The notes under the pieces: model-generated | Databases searched by the model: none | Told to the model about the DNA's origin: nothing | Seen by the model: the letters and a program-made list of their open reading frames with translations, nothing else | Position numbers and translations under genes: made by a program | Shown here: one piece after another, positions 39,501-51,950 of the stretch | Layout of the letters: each line of letters starts with the position of its first letter | Position numbering within the stretch: position 1 is the stretch's first letter | Origin: a virus | Reading direction: 5' to 3' (one strand) | Virus record (IMG/VR): IMGVR_UViG_3300049043_000117 | Coordinates: 57,675-121,674 of that record | DNA: 64,000 nt

Positions 39501-42500
39501 GATTAGTCAGTCGTGGATTGAATGAAGTTAGCAGTGGAGTGAAGAATAGATCCCGTAGTGTAGCGAACCTGAGGAAAGATCAGGAACGCTACAGACAAAG
39601 ATCAGACCGATTGTTTTCATCTTGTCAGGAGGCTGAATGTCAGCGTCTTGGTAGACATCAGTTGAGACGCATACCAGAGAAGAAAGGAATCGTACCGAAT
39701 TGAGCACTTGAGAAGAACCATTGTCCTTTCTTCTGAAACACACGCTCGTCACCGATTCCGTGTGCGGAAAGAATGGCATTCAGACGCGACTTGGTGGTAG
39801 CAGTCTGCCAGCCACCATCAAACAATTCGATCCAAGTACCACCGATACGAGCAATCAAGTTACCATGCAGGTAGACATCAGCAACATCGGTGCAGCTGAT
39901 GACTTCAGTGTTGTCCAGTTGAAGTCAACACCAGCGGTGATGGCTTTGTTCATTTGCTGTTCGATCTTACGCATGAGAAAGTGAAGAGAAAGGATTGTGG
40001 GGGGAGGTCGATCCCTCTCCCTCATGTGGGCCGAGATACCAAAGACCAGGGCCCCTTTGGCGAGTTTGGTGTGCAGCGACCAAGCTGGCACACGGCGAGC
40101 CAGGTTTAGTCGAATCCGATCCATACCCTCGGCCAGTCGCAAGTTGGAAGCGGTGAGACTCATGGCCATGACTGAACCGAAAACCGGAAAAAGCGTTGAT
40201 TCTGACCGCAAGGTAGTCTAGGTCGAGCTCCATGCGGCCGGAATTGCATCAAATTAGTTGTTCGCTCCAAATCAAAGGCAGCCATTCTTCATCAAGCACA
40301 CCCCAGTTCAGGAATCGCTCTGCAATCCGATGTAACGATTGTAGATACTCAGACCCACAATCTCATCACCAGGAGCATAGCGCATGTTAAAGTTGAAGTA
40401 GAAGTATTGCGAGATAGCTCAGGAGTGGTGAATCTTCACGGTCTGAAACTTCTCCCAGAGAACAGTAGCGATTGCGGCAACATACACCACAATAGTTTCA
40501 ACAATGTCCATGTAGCTGTTCAGTTGTTTGCGATAGTCAATTTCTTGAAGTTTCATGATCAGATCATCAGCAGGAGGAAAAGCTTTGGTCAGTTGCATGA
40601 TTTTAATGTGTGTGGTTTGTGTGTTAGTTTCAGTGACAGCCAGCTCAATGCAATAATCTATGGCGCCATCTCAACGATTCCATGTACCCATTGGCTTCGC
40701 GTGTTGAATACAATTTTGGTGGTCAACTTTGATGCCGTCAGACCCAAAAAATCAGGAGACCAATGACCAACAAAACTTACCATCAACAGTTGAAAGCCTG
40801 CGACCCATTCTTCATTGGTCATGACTCAGCCTCCTCGTATTCGTTATCATAAACCCGCATCACATCATCCTCCAGAAGTTGAGCGTCCGTTCGGTAATCA
40901 TGTGCGGTTTGATGTCACCTTTCTTGTTGAAGAGTTGCGTCACCCAATAGGAACCAATGCTTCTCGTCACGTCAGCAATCTGTTCAAAGCAATCAGCAAT
41001 CGAGAAGCTGCGAGATTGTCGTTGTTCATTGTAGAAAAAGCGGAGAGTTTAATGTAGGAAAAGTAGAATCAGTGTGCGAAAGCTTCGGGGTTCCAATACT
41101 CGTAGTATTCTTCCTCCGACATAGCAAACACCTTAGCCGTTTCCTCGCGGTCAGGCATCGGAAATGTCAAAGATTTCAGCGGGCAGATCAGGCGATCTCG
41201 TTGAACATTGGGGTGGATTCCTCTCAACATCGACCAAGATACGGCCAGCCCCAGCCCCTTGGCGGATTCGGTGGACAGCCACCAGCTGACATACCAACCG
41301 CGATTTGATTGCCTCGAATAGCTTGACGATGCTAGGCCTCTTCGTACTCATCTCCAGTGAGATAATCTTCCCAACATCCGCTACTCATCGGTGACTGGCC
41401 GGTTGGAGTATTCCCAGGAGTAGGATTGGCCTTCGTAAAAGTGAACAACCATGATCGTTTCAGAGAGTTTGGAAAGGTTGAGTCTTCTTTAATGTCGCTG
41501 TTGTAATACTTGCGGAAGATTGAGTTAATCGTATCGTACCATGGCTGCATTGCCACTCGGATACCCACAATCTGCCAGTTGTTTGAAGAAACTTAAGGAT
41601 GCAAGTTTCCTCGTCTTGAGTGAACTTAACTCGGTTCAATGTGTAGCCGGTGTTGTTCATGAGTTGATGACTTTTTCGTACAAGTTGTTGAAAATCTCAC
41701 GATCTTCTGGGTCTAGAGTATCAGCAAAACCCTCACGATCTAGCTGGATCATGATGTCTTGCAACAACACAAGCTCTTCGTACAGAAGATTAGAAACTGA
41801 GAGAGTTGCAGACATAATCAGAAACGAATGATGGGATGGTCTAGATCAAGGACATCACATTCCTCAGTTGCAAACACAAACTCTACAAATGCTTGATGAT
41901 ACTCTGGCATCCATCTTCACCAAAAGAATCACAAATAGCAAACATCTTGATTCAGTTGTTCTTCAGAAAGTTGTTGCAGTTGTTGCAGAAGCTCTTTGTA
42001 AGTCATAATCAAACCAGGATAAGTTGGGGTGCAGGTTGAACAGAAACAAGTACCAGTCCGATCACAAGAGATGCTCACTGCGTTTGCAGGTGCTCCCAGT
42101 TCATCAACAACATCCCACCAATCTTCTCCCTCTTCAATAACAACATAACCGAAACATCCTGCGATAGGAGCGATTGAGTGCCCCATCGTTCAGCTGAGCG
42201 TTGGGTATCCCACCAAGTACGCTCACTTCCAGAACATGTTCAGGTTCATCATTGCGAGGGCACAAAAAGTGATGCAGATAAACTTGCTCATTGCGGTTGT
42301 TTGTCTCAACATGGCTGAAGTACAGGATTGGGCTGCGGTTCGCGGGTTTAGTGGACAGTCGCCAACTGGACATCGCTACACCATTGTCAGGCCGTAATCG
42401 TTAAGCATAATGTCACGAACTTGCTCACGGTCGAAACTATCACCAGCAAAGTCAGTCTGCCAGAGTTAATGTATTTCTGTGTAGCTTCCATCACCATGTC

Positions 42501-45500
42501 TCGTGTAGTTCCGCAATCTTGTAGATACCATTCTCACCATAAAATGCGAGAACATAAGTATAGAAATCTTCCATAGGCTTCTGGAGTTGACTTACAATAC
42601 GGTTGAGATCCTCAATAGCACTCTTCATGAGCAATTGTGCAGTAACCAGTAGCAAATGGGTAGGTCTTTTCATGATCATTTGACTTTCATCAACCTCATA
42701 ACAAACCTTCACAGCTTCAGTGAGGTCGTTAATCACTCGGAGCAAAGTGTCATCCATTTGGTACATCATCAGAGCACACCTTCAGTGATTTGGTTCATAA
42801 CATCCTGAGCATACTTCATGAAACGATAAGCAGTCACCTGATCATAAGTAACACCATCAAGCACATCTGATCCCATGTAAGTATCAACAATCAGCTTACA
42901 TGCGTCGTAGAGAGCAGCAGCGTGTTCAGCTTTTCGAGTGAAATTGCATGGCGTTGTAGGTAGGCATTGTCATCAGAAGTGGGCCTGCAGAGTAATCCAG
43001 TTGTGCAGAGTATTCTGCAATCTTGTTGTAACACTTGGCACGAGTTTGCTCATCTGCACCTTCAATGAGACTGAAGCAATACTTGATGCGTTGTTCGGGA
43101 TGAGAGAGCACACGAGCAATCTCAAGCTGACGCTTCTGGTATTCAGCATTGTACGCGAACATCTCGCGGTCTTCAATGCTCATCGGGTGGAACTTGCGTT
43201 GCATTGGATTCATCTCTCAACATGGCCAAGATACCACCGCCAGCCCCCTCGGAGGTTTGGTGGACAGTCGCCCAACTGTCACACCAGTTCCGTTAATTGC
43301 TCTTTGGAACAGAACTTATAGGTATAACCTGGATAGAACTTGTTGACCAGATGAGGTACACCATAACGACCTAATTGACCATTCCCGTTATAGTTGACCC
43401 ACACAACTTTGGTGGACTCTTCTACAAAATGTTCGTAAGGAAATGCTTTAGTCATCGGAAGAATAGTGAAATGCTCTGTTTTGTTTGTGTTTTGTTTGGG
43501 TTGGAAAGTTGTCGTTCAATCTCTACTTTCATAGGCATCAGATGTGATACCATGAAGTGCTCATACTCATTCTCTTTTAGGAGTTCTGAGAGATTGTCAA
43601 TCTGCAACAATGCGAGAATGAGTTTAGTTTTCTCATCCATAGTTACGATCAAATCGGTGTTTGCAATCGGGACACATAAAGTATGCAGTTCGGTCTAAAT
43701 CACGATCATAACATCCAATCACCCGACTATAAAAGTACGGAGGAGAATAGTTTTCCCACCGATCTTCAGGGATCAACGAGTCAACCCAATTCGTCCCACA
43801 TTCAGGGAATTTTCTAGTTTAGTTACGTCAGGTTTCATCGTTGATACAAATAACTACCGAAAGGATCACACTTACTATAACACAATTCCCGAGAATTGTC
43901 ATCCATCAGATTGTAACGGACACCCTCAGCTGGTGCGTTCCAGGATGCAGACTTCAGAACATCTCCAGTGGATTTGTTAATGAAACAATGCACCGAGCGA
44001 CTGATACCATCCTTGCAAATCAGTTTGTAATACTTACGGCCTGACTCTAGATAGAACTCAACATCCACACCATTCTCTTTAATTTGCTCAATCTTGTTGG
44101 TGTGATAATCTACATCATCACCCTTAGCCCGCTGCATTTTGATGCAGTTTGAGAGTCCAGCTTTCATGGACATGTAGAGTGCGTCGCACAACATGACACT
44201 ATAATGTTCAACGTTGTTCATGATAATCACTCCTTGATGGTGTCAGTTTCAGGATCAAAAGTCACCTCAGTGATGACATCAAAATCCTCAGTCATTTTCA
44301 CATAATTCCATTCACCTTCATCCTCACCTTCTTGGTAACAATGAATGAAACCTTCTGCGTCTTGTTTGACAAAACAACCATCATAGTTGTCCTCATCAAA
44401 CACATAACCAGATGCAATCAGTGCGTCAACGAAAGTCATGGGAGTTGTGTGTTTCTCTCAACATCAGCTAGAATACATCATTTCAGACCCTATGGGGAGA
44501 ATGGTGGACGGTTCCGTAACTGTCACACTACATCATTGCCCTTCAACACGGAAAGCGCACTAGCCAATTTGTCTAGTTTTTTATTGCGTTTTCGTGTCAA
44601 GATAATGTCAGAAACACAAATAGCCAAATGAGAACCATGCAGCAAAAATAGTTGCGGTTGTGAACATAATTAACCTCCTACAGTTTGTAAAGTGATAACA
44701 TCTAGAGTTGTCTGAGTTAGAGCAAGATCCTCAGCACACTCAGTCTCTCCCAGAATAGGCACTGAGGAGATCGTAAATTAAGTCCCATCTGTTCTTCAGT
44801 GAAGAGGTATTGTTGCTCTGGCGAAGAATACTCACTGACATAATCAAGCTGCCTCAACAGAGTTAAGTTGCTCCGCAGGATAGTTAAAGAGTTTGTTAAT
44901 CCTCTCAACTTCCTTCTCAAAGAACTCCATTGCTTCTAAGCTTCCATGTCATAAGTATCAGGAAGTTCATCAAGTTTCCACCTTAGATCATCCATCTCCC
45001 GAAGTTGAGTGAGAATGAACAAACGAACTTCATTTTTCTGTGATTGTTTCATCAATCGTCTCCAAAGTTGTTAGAGAGAAAGTCCTCAAGTTCAGTGAGT
45101 TTGCTTTCGCTCATGTTCCAAACATATTCACTAATAACTGTATCAAAAAGATCAGGATCTTCCCGACACTTTTCTTTCAGAAACCACTCAAGTTCGGTTC
45201 GATTAGTCATCGGAGAACGTGTCGATAGTCAATGGATTTGATACACCAACCTGTTGCACATGTGATCTCTTCGACTAAATCTTCCTCATCATCTGCTTCC
45301 CAGATCGTGATTAGTCACTTCATCAATGATAATTCCCCTATTGTGATAGGTCATCTCGAGTTCTTCATCATCAGATCTCAAAATCAAACTCAATTTCAGT
45401 AACTTGGAATTGCATGATCAAACAAGAGGAGATTTGATGTTAAGAAAGATCAGTCGAATTGGTTGCTCTTGAACATAAAAGAACAGCAGCATAATCATCA

Positions 45501-47130
45501 ACCTCAATGTCACCATCTACAGTGGAGAGATCTACATAATCGTAGCATCATCACTGCCGAAAATGTAAGGATTGTTGTCTGTCATCATGCCCTACAAAGT
45601 ATAGAGTATCATTTGCACAAACAGCATAAGCATCTGCAAGCAGATTGTGGAATTGATTGAGAGTAATTGTGGTGTTAGTCATTAGTCGTTCTCGGGATGG
45701 TTGACGATTTGATCTTCGATTAGATTGGCAAGTTCACTTATACTTCATCTCCGTAGCAGCATAATCATAACCATAACCATACTGAATCCTCCTAAATGCT
45801 CGTTGCGAACCAATCGCAAAATGGTGTCGATTTGTGCGTCGGTGAAATGATACTCTTTGAGGGTTTCAGTCATTTAGATTGATAGAGAGATTGTTGAGAA
45901 TACGAAAAAAAGCAACTATCAAGGATTCCTTTACAGTTGCCTCAACATTCAACATAATCTACAACTCCAGATTGTGTGTCTGGTTTGACTTCCAGTTCTT
46001 TATAGTAACCGTATTGAATAGCATTATCAAATGCTTTCAACCTGTGGCAGTTGTTACAAGTTGCAAACTCGTCATCAAAGATGTCACGACATTGCTCAAG
46101 ATTCTCAGCAACGATTGCAACCATCCCCTCACATTCGCCACTATTAAGAACGTTGGTGATACGATAGAGTTTCATTTCAGTTAATGAAGAGATCGTTGAG
46201 TGTGTCAGTCATTGTTAGTTAGAAGGAAAGTTTTTGCAGACAGCATCACACAAGGTTTTCACCAATTCTTCTCTATCTTGGTTGTAGTATTCATCTCCCC
46301 AGGTATCATAGAAGAAACCATCAATGATACAATCAATGTCTTCCATGAGTTGTTCCCGAGCAGACAACATTTCCAGTTTGGAGTTAGTCATAATCAATCA
46401 GTAGTTAGAAATGGTGGTGAAGATGATACCAGTTTCGTTGTAACGAAGGTCAACATCACACTGGTATTCCTCGCTCAAATTGTATGCGAGGTCATAAGCT
46501 TCGTCCATGTCAGTGGTAGTATTCTCCCAGGGGAGCTCCGGGCACTTGACATCAATTCGCATGGGGTGATTCCTCTCAACATGGCCAAGATACCTGATCC
46601 GAGGCTCCCTCTGGCGGGTTTGGTGGACACTCGCCAACCTGGACACTAGATCATTTGCTACTCCGAGATCCACCAAAGATACAACCGAGAAGAAACACGA
46701 TTGCAAAACATTGCCAGAAACTGAACTGAACTCCGAACCAAGATAGAATCAATCCAAGTAACCAAGATTGGAAACTTAGAATAAGAGTCGCAAGAATGAT
46801 AGTGCCTAGAGTTGCTCCAATAAGGTAGCTCCAGGACTTGTCGTTGTACCTCATCACCATGTACCTCGTTGAATGTGAATCTTCTTGATCTCAGTATAAA
46901 TGAACTGTTTCAATTTGTCATCATCAGTGTTATCAAATGCGTACCAAAGCCGTACAAGGTACTCATCTTGTTTCATACATTTGACGACTTCGGTGTTAGT
47001 CACACCGAGACTCATTTAGGGAAGATCCTGCAACAGGCTCTTTTAGTCCAAAATTACCAGTAATGTTTCCTTTTGTTCTTAATTTGGGTTTGATTTTTGA
47101 TAAATTGGAAGTTGAAAAATCGTAATTCAT
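36552..47130 (-). CDS. Tightly packed array of short early hypothetical ORFs, many frameshifted
   Basis: For example 36552-36734, 41460-41660, 42491-42769, 42926-43213, 43452-43652, 44227-44439, 45942-46175, 46215-46397, 46651-46860. Overlapping stop/start codons, all co-directional with the promoter repeats. Confidence 0.7.
37561..37636 (-). promoter_or_regulatory. Early promoter repeat, copy 2
   Basis: GGGCCCAGTTGGTGGGCTTGTCCA...TATCTCGGCTACATTGAGAGAG. Confidence 0.65.
38647..38723 (-). promoter_or_regulatory. Early promoter repeat, copy 3
   Basis: TGTGACAGTCTTCGGAACCTGTCACA...TATTCCAGCCATGTTGAGAC. Confidence 0.75.
39053..39128 (-). promoter_or_regulatory. Early promoter repeat, copy 4
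   Basis: TGTGACAGCTTGGCGCAGCTGTCCAC...TATCTCAGTCACATGAAG. Confidence 0.7.
40015..40093 (-). promoter_or_regulatory. Early promoter repeat, copy 5
   Basis: GTGTGCCAGCTTGGTCGCTGCACAC...TATCTCGGCCCACATGAGGGAG. Confidence 0.7.
41219..41293 (-). promoter_or_regulatory. Early promoter repeat, copy 6
   Basis: TGTCAGCTGGTGGCTGTCCAC...TATCTTGGTCGATGTTGAGAGGAA. Confidence 0.7.
42301..42373 (-). promoter_or_regulatory. Early promoter repeat, copy 7
   Basis: TGTCCAGTTGGCGACTGTCCAC...TACTTCAGCCATGTTGAGAC. Confidence 0.75.
43213..43284 (-). promoter_or_regulatory. Early promoter repeat, copy 8
   Basis: GTGTGACAGTTGGGCGACTGTCCAC...TATCTTGGCCATGTTGAGAG. Confidence 0.8.
43835..44230 (-). CDS. Conserved T4-like phage early protein
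   Basis: GRKYYKLI...SVHCFINKSTGDVLKSASWNAPAEGVRYNL motif, intact ORF. Confidence 0.7.
   Translation of the reverse strand: MIIMNNVEHYSVMLCDALYMSMKAGLSNCIKMQRAKGDDVDYHTNKIEQIKENGVDVEFYLESGRKYYKLICKDGISRSVHCFINKSTGDVLKSASWNAPAEGVRYNLMDDNSRELCYSKCDPFGSYLYQR
44453..44528 (-). promoter_or_regulatory. Early promoter repeat, copy 9
   Basis: GTGTGACAGTTACGGAACCGTCCAC...TATTCTAGCTGATGTTGAGAG. Confidence 0.75.
46571..46646 (-). promoter_or_regulatory. Early promoter repeat, copy 10
   Basis: GTGTCCAGGTTGGCGAGTGTCCAC...TATCTTGGCCATGTTGAGAGGAA. Confidence 0.8.
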
Positions 47131-47162
47131 GACTAAATAGTTACAGGTAACTTTGGTTAAAG

Positions 47163-47655
47163 ATGAGTGCACAATCACCACATCATTCCCAAGCATAGAG
47201 GTGGAACTGATGATGCAACAAATCTCGTGGAAGTAACACCAACTCAACACGCTACTGTTTCATTATTGTGAGTGGAAATTGTGGGGAGATTACAAAGATT
47301 TTTGTGCCATATAAAATGATTTTAGGTGATGTTAAAAATCCAGAGTTTCGTAGCAAAAGAAAAGCATTCAGTCATAAATTAGTTGAAGCTGCGAGAAAGA
47401 GGGTGTTTATGATCCAGAAGTATCAAAGAAAGAGCAATAAAAGGTAACAAATCTCAAAGAGAAAAGTTTGAGAGGGAAGGTAGAACAATCGCAGAACAAA
47501 AGTGGATTGTAACTACACCACAAGGAGAAACTTTAGAAGTATCAAATCTCAAAAAGTTTTGTAGAGAGAATAATTTACTACCAAACAAAATGTGTGAAGT
47601 TGGGAAAGGAGTTTGGAAACAACATAGAGGTTACACTTGCAAAAGATTGGAGTAA
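47163..47655 (+). mobile_element. Free-standing HNH homing endonuclease-like gene, antisense to the early operon, missed by the ORF track
   Basis: Manual translation HNHHIIPKHRGGTDDATNLVEVTPTQHA..H, C-terminal WIVTTPQGETLEVSNLKKFCRENNL...HRGYTCKRLE*. Late-type CTAAATA box at 47133-47139. Confidence 0.8.
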
Positions 47656-48142
47656 GTCATTGAATAACATTCATTTGGCGAAGTTCCTCATCAATACAAT
47701 CAAAGATCTCAGTGTAGATGTGATCATAATCATCAGACTTCAATCACCTTGTTTGCAACTTCCTCAGTTACATTAGCCTCACCATCAGGATAATCCATCA
47801 CATCATCTTTGGTGTAGATCCATGCAGGAACAGGTGCATTTTCACCTTGCCGTTGAATCATTTGTTCAACAGTTGACGAAGTTCAGCGAGAGTACGAGTC
47901 ATGATTCAGCCTCCGAAGATGTCATCAAACAGATCACCCATCTCACTCATTTCGTTCTGACGATCAATCTGGTTTCGCATCTCAACGAGTGCGGCCTGTT
48001 GCATCTTCAGTTCAGCAACTGGTCACCAATCTCATGCAGTTTATTGTTGATCTGGATACGATCCATTCCGTTCACCGTAGTGACCGTGATTGGCATACCT
48101 TGTGACATCGTGGTGCGTTCTGAGATGATGTGAGTCATGGGG

Positions 48143-48216
48143 TTCTCTCAACATGCTAGAATACATTGCCAGGCGACCCCTGGTGAGTCACTAGGCCTGG
48201 TTCCGAAACTGGCACA
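48143..48216 (-). promoter_or_regulatory. Early promoter repeat, copy 11
   Basis: TGTGCCAGTTTCGGAACCAGGCC...TATTCTAGCATGTTGAGAGAA. The mirror copy reads TATTCCAGCCATGTTGAGAG. Confidence 0.7.
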
Positions 48217-48220
48217 GGGT

Positions 48221-49131
48221 TCACCATCCTTTCTTCATTGTAAAGTTTGCATAGGAGAATTGACGACGATTGATCAACTTGAAAGTACCAAACTGATTGG
48301 TCATCACATAACCCTCATGATCACACTTGTCATCACCAAGATAACAATCTACTTCCTCTTGAGAGGTGATACCTTCCATGAGACTCTTTGATCTCAATGA
48401 TGAGTTTGTAGAGAATCATCAGGTTGTTGTCCATACCCGACTCTGCAATGTCGCGTTGTTCGCGGATGCACTTGTTCACAGTCACTTTAAGTTCTTGTCC
48501 TTCTTTTGCATCAGGGAACTTAATAAAATTGATAGCCACACTTGCAAGACCAAGAAGGAGATCAATTCTACGACGACGGGAGGTAAAGTGTGCATCAGTT
48601 TTCAGGAACTTAACATTAGGAGCTTGCAGTTCCTCGTCAACACCGAACGATGCAACTGCGTCTTTGAGATGAGTAGAACTGGTGTAGGAAGTGTGTGCAG
48701 GCAATGATTACATTCTCGTTCACAAGACGACCGAAGTTGTATTCAATCGTGTTGGGCTTGTAGAAATCATTACCACCGAAACCTACCCAATCTCCTTGAA
48801 TTATACCAGAAACCCGAGGAAGGTTGTCAAAACAAACATGAAGAATTGAAGTTACATTCGGAACATTTCCATGATTAACTTCAATGTCATAATGAGAATA
48901 ATTGATCTTGATTTTTTTCTTGTTAAAAACACTCTTGGTTCCCACAAAAAACTTTCCAGTTTCGGGACAAGTTCCCCACACGATTGCTGGACTTCCATCA
49001 TACTTTACGGAAAGTTGATTATCCTTGCAACGCAAAAACTTCAGGACATTCTTTGCTCCAACTTTACCATTGTCCAGAATCTCATCTTCTGGATGTTGGA
49101 GATGCAGATTTTTAGTTTGAGTGTTCTTCAT
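48221..49131 (-). CDS. Conserved cyanophage protein with ligase/nucleotidyltransferase-like KxDG motif (DUF6267-like)
   Basis: NLHLQHPEDEIL, SVKYDGSPAIVWG, FFVGTKSVFNKK, IQGD, PNTIEY, HEGYVM, FKLINRRQFSYANF. Confidence 0.65.
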
Positions 49132-49197
49132 GTAGCCATGATGTCACAAGACCCATAAAAAGTCAAGGGATGGTGGTCGGTTCGTAAAGTGTCCACC
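49123..49197 (-). promoter_or_regulatory. Early promoter repeat, copy 12 (with TTGACT -35)
   Basis: GTGGACACTTTACGAACCGACCAC, then TTGACT-17 nt-CATCAT-GGCTACATG. Confidence 0.6.
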
Positions 49198-49646
49198 CTT
49201 TATGGTGTTTTGCGATTTTGTTTATCACATTTGTGAGTGATTTTCTATCTAAATTGTATTTTCTACAGAAACTCCCTGAGAGTTGTAGTTTCTTTTACAA
49301 TTTCACCAATGGGAGAAAACGAATTGATAGGTCTTTTCGTATAATTTTCTCTTTGATTGCGTGATTTTTTCTTACTTCGTCCGTGTGATTTTTCCCGTAA
49401 AAATGATTATTATTTCCTCTCATTGATTTAGATTTATTTTCTTTCCATTCATCAGTTTGGACAAATCCTTTAGGTCTTCCAGTTATTTTTGATTTGGATT
49501 CTTCAGTATGTTGAAATAACCCCCTTTTACCTTTGTTCCAAGGTTGATTACAAGTTGGTTGTTCATAATCCTCATCATCAACAATAACCTCTGGGCTCAT
49601 CAATGTGCAAAAATACATTGATCCCACTTACATTGAGTGTTTGCAT
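49163..49646 (-). CDS. NUMOD3-motif DNA-binding protein (homing-endonuclease-derived, no visible nuclease domain)
   Basis: PWNKGK, HTEESKSKI, NHFYGKNHTDEVREKI and a C-terminal LREFCEKYNL...HHKGW domain, reconstructed from both arms. Confidence 0.75.
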
Positions 49647-49670
49647 AACTGACTTTATGTGTCGCAGTAT

Positions 49671-49678
49671 TATTTATA
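49671..49678 (-). promoter_or_regulatory. T4-type late promoter TATAAATA inside a 12-bp inverted repeat
   Basis: Exact consensus. Arms at 49655-49666 and 49713-49724. Confidence 0.8.
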
Positions 49679-50501
49679 CTAAAAGAGAGCATTTCGCTCG
49701 ACTCTGCTTAGTTGCGACACATAAGCATTAGTATTTAGTTAGCTAAAGTGTCACACAAACTCTGCAATGTAGTAACTCATTGTCACATTGTATTCTTGTG
49801 CCTTTCGTTCCCATTCTTGCCATTCTTCATCATCAGGCAAGACACTCAAGTAGAATCATTTGTTCTTCCGTCATCTTCGGTAACAACGTTAAAATAATTG
49901 ACAGTCTGGTCAGATCCTTTACACTTATTTCAGATGGGTCAGTTACAATTTTATTCATTATTGATTGAACTTCTTCCATCCTTCTTTTATGAAGTTCTGA
50001 CAATTCTTCGGGACTAAGAGTATTATAATGAGTCATTTTTATACGTCAGATCTAAATCCAGGTTCCACACCATTGATGTTGACAATGGAATAGAACTTTT
50101 GAATCAATACATCATAATCCCATCGCAATTCGTTATTACTTAAATCAAAATGTTCTTTGTAGTATTTTAGGGAGTTATAGATTAGTTCCCGTTCTTTGTA
50201 AGTCAAGTCCATCACGTCGTAAAACTATCAACAATACGAGAAGGTTCCTCATCCAACGAGAGCGAACTTGTGTGCATTTACAACTCGTTCCATGATGCGA
50301 GAGTCGTGAGTACTTTCATATCCATCACGCCAATCTAGAAGAAGATCATGACATTCGTTGTCATTTTCAGTGACGACAGTTACATTCCCACCATACTCGG
50401 AGGAAGGAAACGGAACCCAATAATCAACGAGATAAAGATACTTCATTTTCAGTGTTAAATTACTCCTTTAGTGTAAATGTTTTATTTAGATTTGTCAAGT
50501 G

Positions 50502-50920
50502 TCAGAGACAATACTTCTTGAGAACACGAAGAACCTCTCTAGGATTGTCTTGAATGGCAAAGCTCCTCTTCAATATCTTTCTTAAATCCCAGAGGTTCAA
50601 CATAACCTTTACCCTCTTTGCACATTTGTGCTACATGAACTGCCTCATGTGCGAGAGTTCGGTTAATCTCTCCAACCCAATCAGTATAGTTTTTTCTGAT
50701 AGTATTGTTGCACATTAACAGAACATTTTTTCTCAGTTTGTTATCGGGATCTTTCCACGTCATTGCATAACCATCGACTTTGTTTTTGTGGCAAACTTTA
50801 TGATTATTGACGATAACTGCGACATCGACTGTCGAGTGCACGTTAAGAATCTCCCGATGAGTTGGTGTCAAGTATTCCATCACCAACCTCTATCACTCAG
50901 ACCAAAAAGCTATTTTTCAT
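50502..50920 (-). CDS. HExxH zinc metallopeptidase-like protein
   Basis: RTLAHEAVHVAQMC, with a downstream Glu cluster (IEEE). Confidence 0.6.
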
Positions 50921-51950
50921 ACCCAACCAAGCTAACAAGGCCACCAATAATCATAACGAGAATGCCAACGGGGAGATAGAACAACCCCAGAAGAGCAATA
51001 ACTGCACCAGGCAAAGACAGATCCCGCACCAATCATCGTACTGATGTCATCAGAATCACCACTATTGGTGGAATCCTGCTTATACGATTCCTCTGGTCGA
51101 GAGTATTTTTTCTTCTCAAAAATTGGTGACACAGAGATAAAACTAAACCCATCAATGTGTGCATACATTGATTCTACTTGCTCTCTAACTGCAAACGTGT
51201 TGATTGCATCAACAGTGGTGGATTGAATGCCCTGCAAGGAGAACTCCAATCAATTTTGTATTTCATGGATTGAAGTAAATGCGATGGTAAGAAACAAACA
51301 GATAATCTTCAGGGTCTTTCTCATCTACTACGATCTCATAGTAGATGGATTGTGCATCTTTTTTCCGACCTTCTTCTGCAAGATCGGAACACCTTGACTC
51401 ATGATAATTCTCAAGGTTTTTAATAAGTTGTTTGTGGTTTTTACTCATCCAAATGCAGCAGTCAAGTGGGTTCATTTTAATAGGCATAGCAGTATAAGGT
51501 GTAGTGTTACGAATGTCAACTACACTTCCCACTGTCTTACTATTGATTGGGCATGAAATCCCTTGTCTTTGTATTGTAAAGCTGTCCCAGATGGTTCTGA
51601 CTGGTTTTCCGAGGTTGTAATCATACCGTTTATGATGATGCAACCAGAATAACGCAGTAGTGTTGCGCCTTAAAATCCTTTTCTTGTTCGTAAGAATAAC
51701 CATCAGGAGCTTCTTGTGGAATAATTCAATCGTCACTTCTCAATCTTCCAGTGTTCGTTACCTTTTTCGGAACCCAAAAACAGTACATTTTGTTCATGGA
51801 AACCAAAAAGAAATGGTCAACACCATCAATCACTTTCTCCTGTTCTACAGTACATGTGTGAAAGTTATCCATGATGTTAGCAAAGCGGTTCTTCAAGCTT
51901 ACTAGACAGAGGAGATACGGAAACCCGTTTTGTTTTAGTAGTCATAGTCT

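Noticed and set aside
1801-47063. Plus-strand ORFs in the track (e.g. 5990-6295, 15839-16207, 17266-17619, 29369-29695, 36143-36505)
   Set aside because: Most are antisense shadows of recognisable minus-strand genes, and none shows motifs or an RBS.
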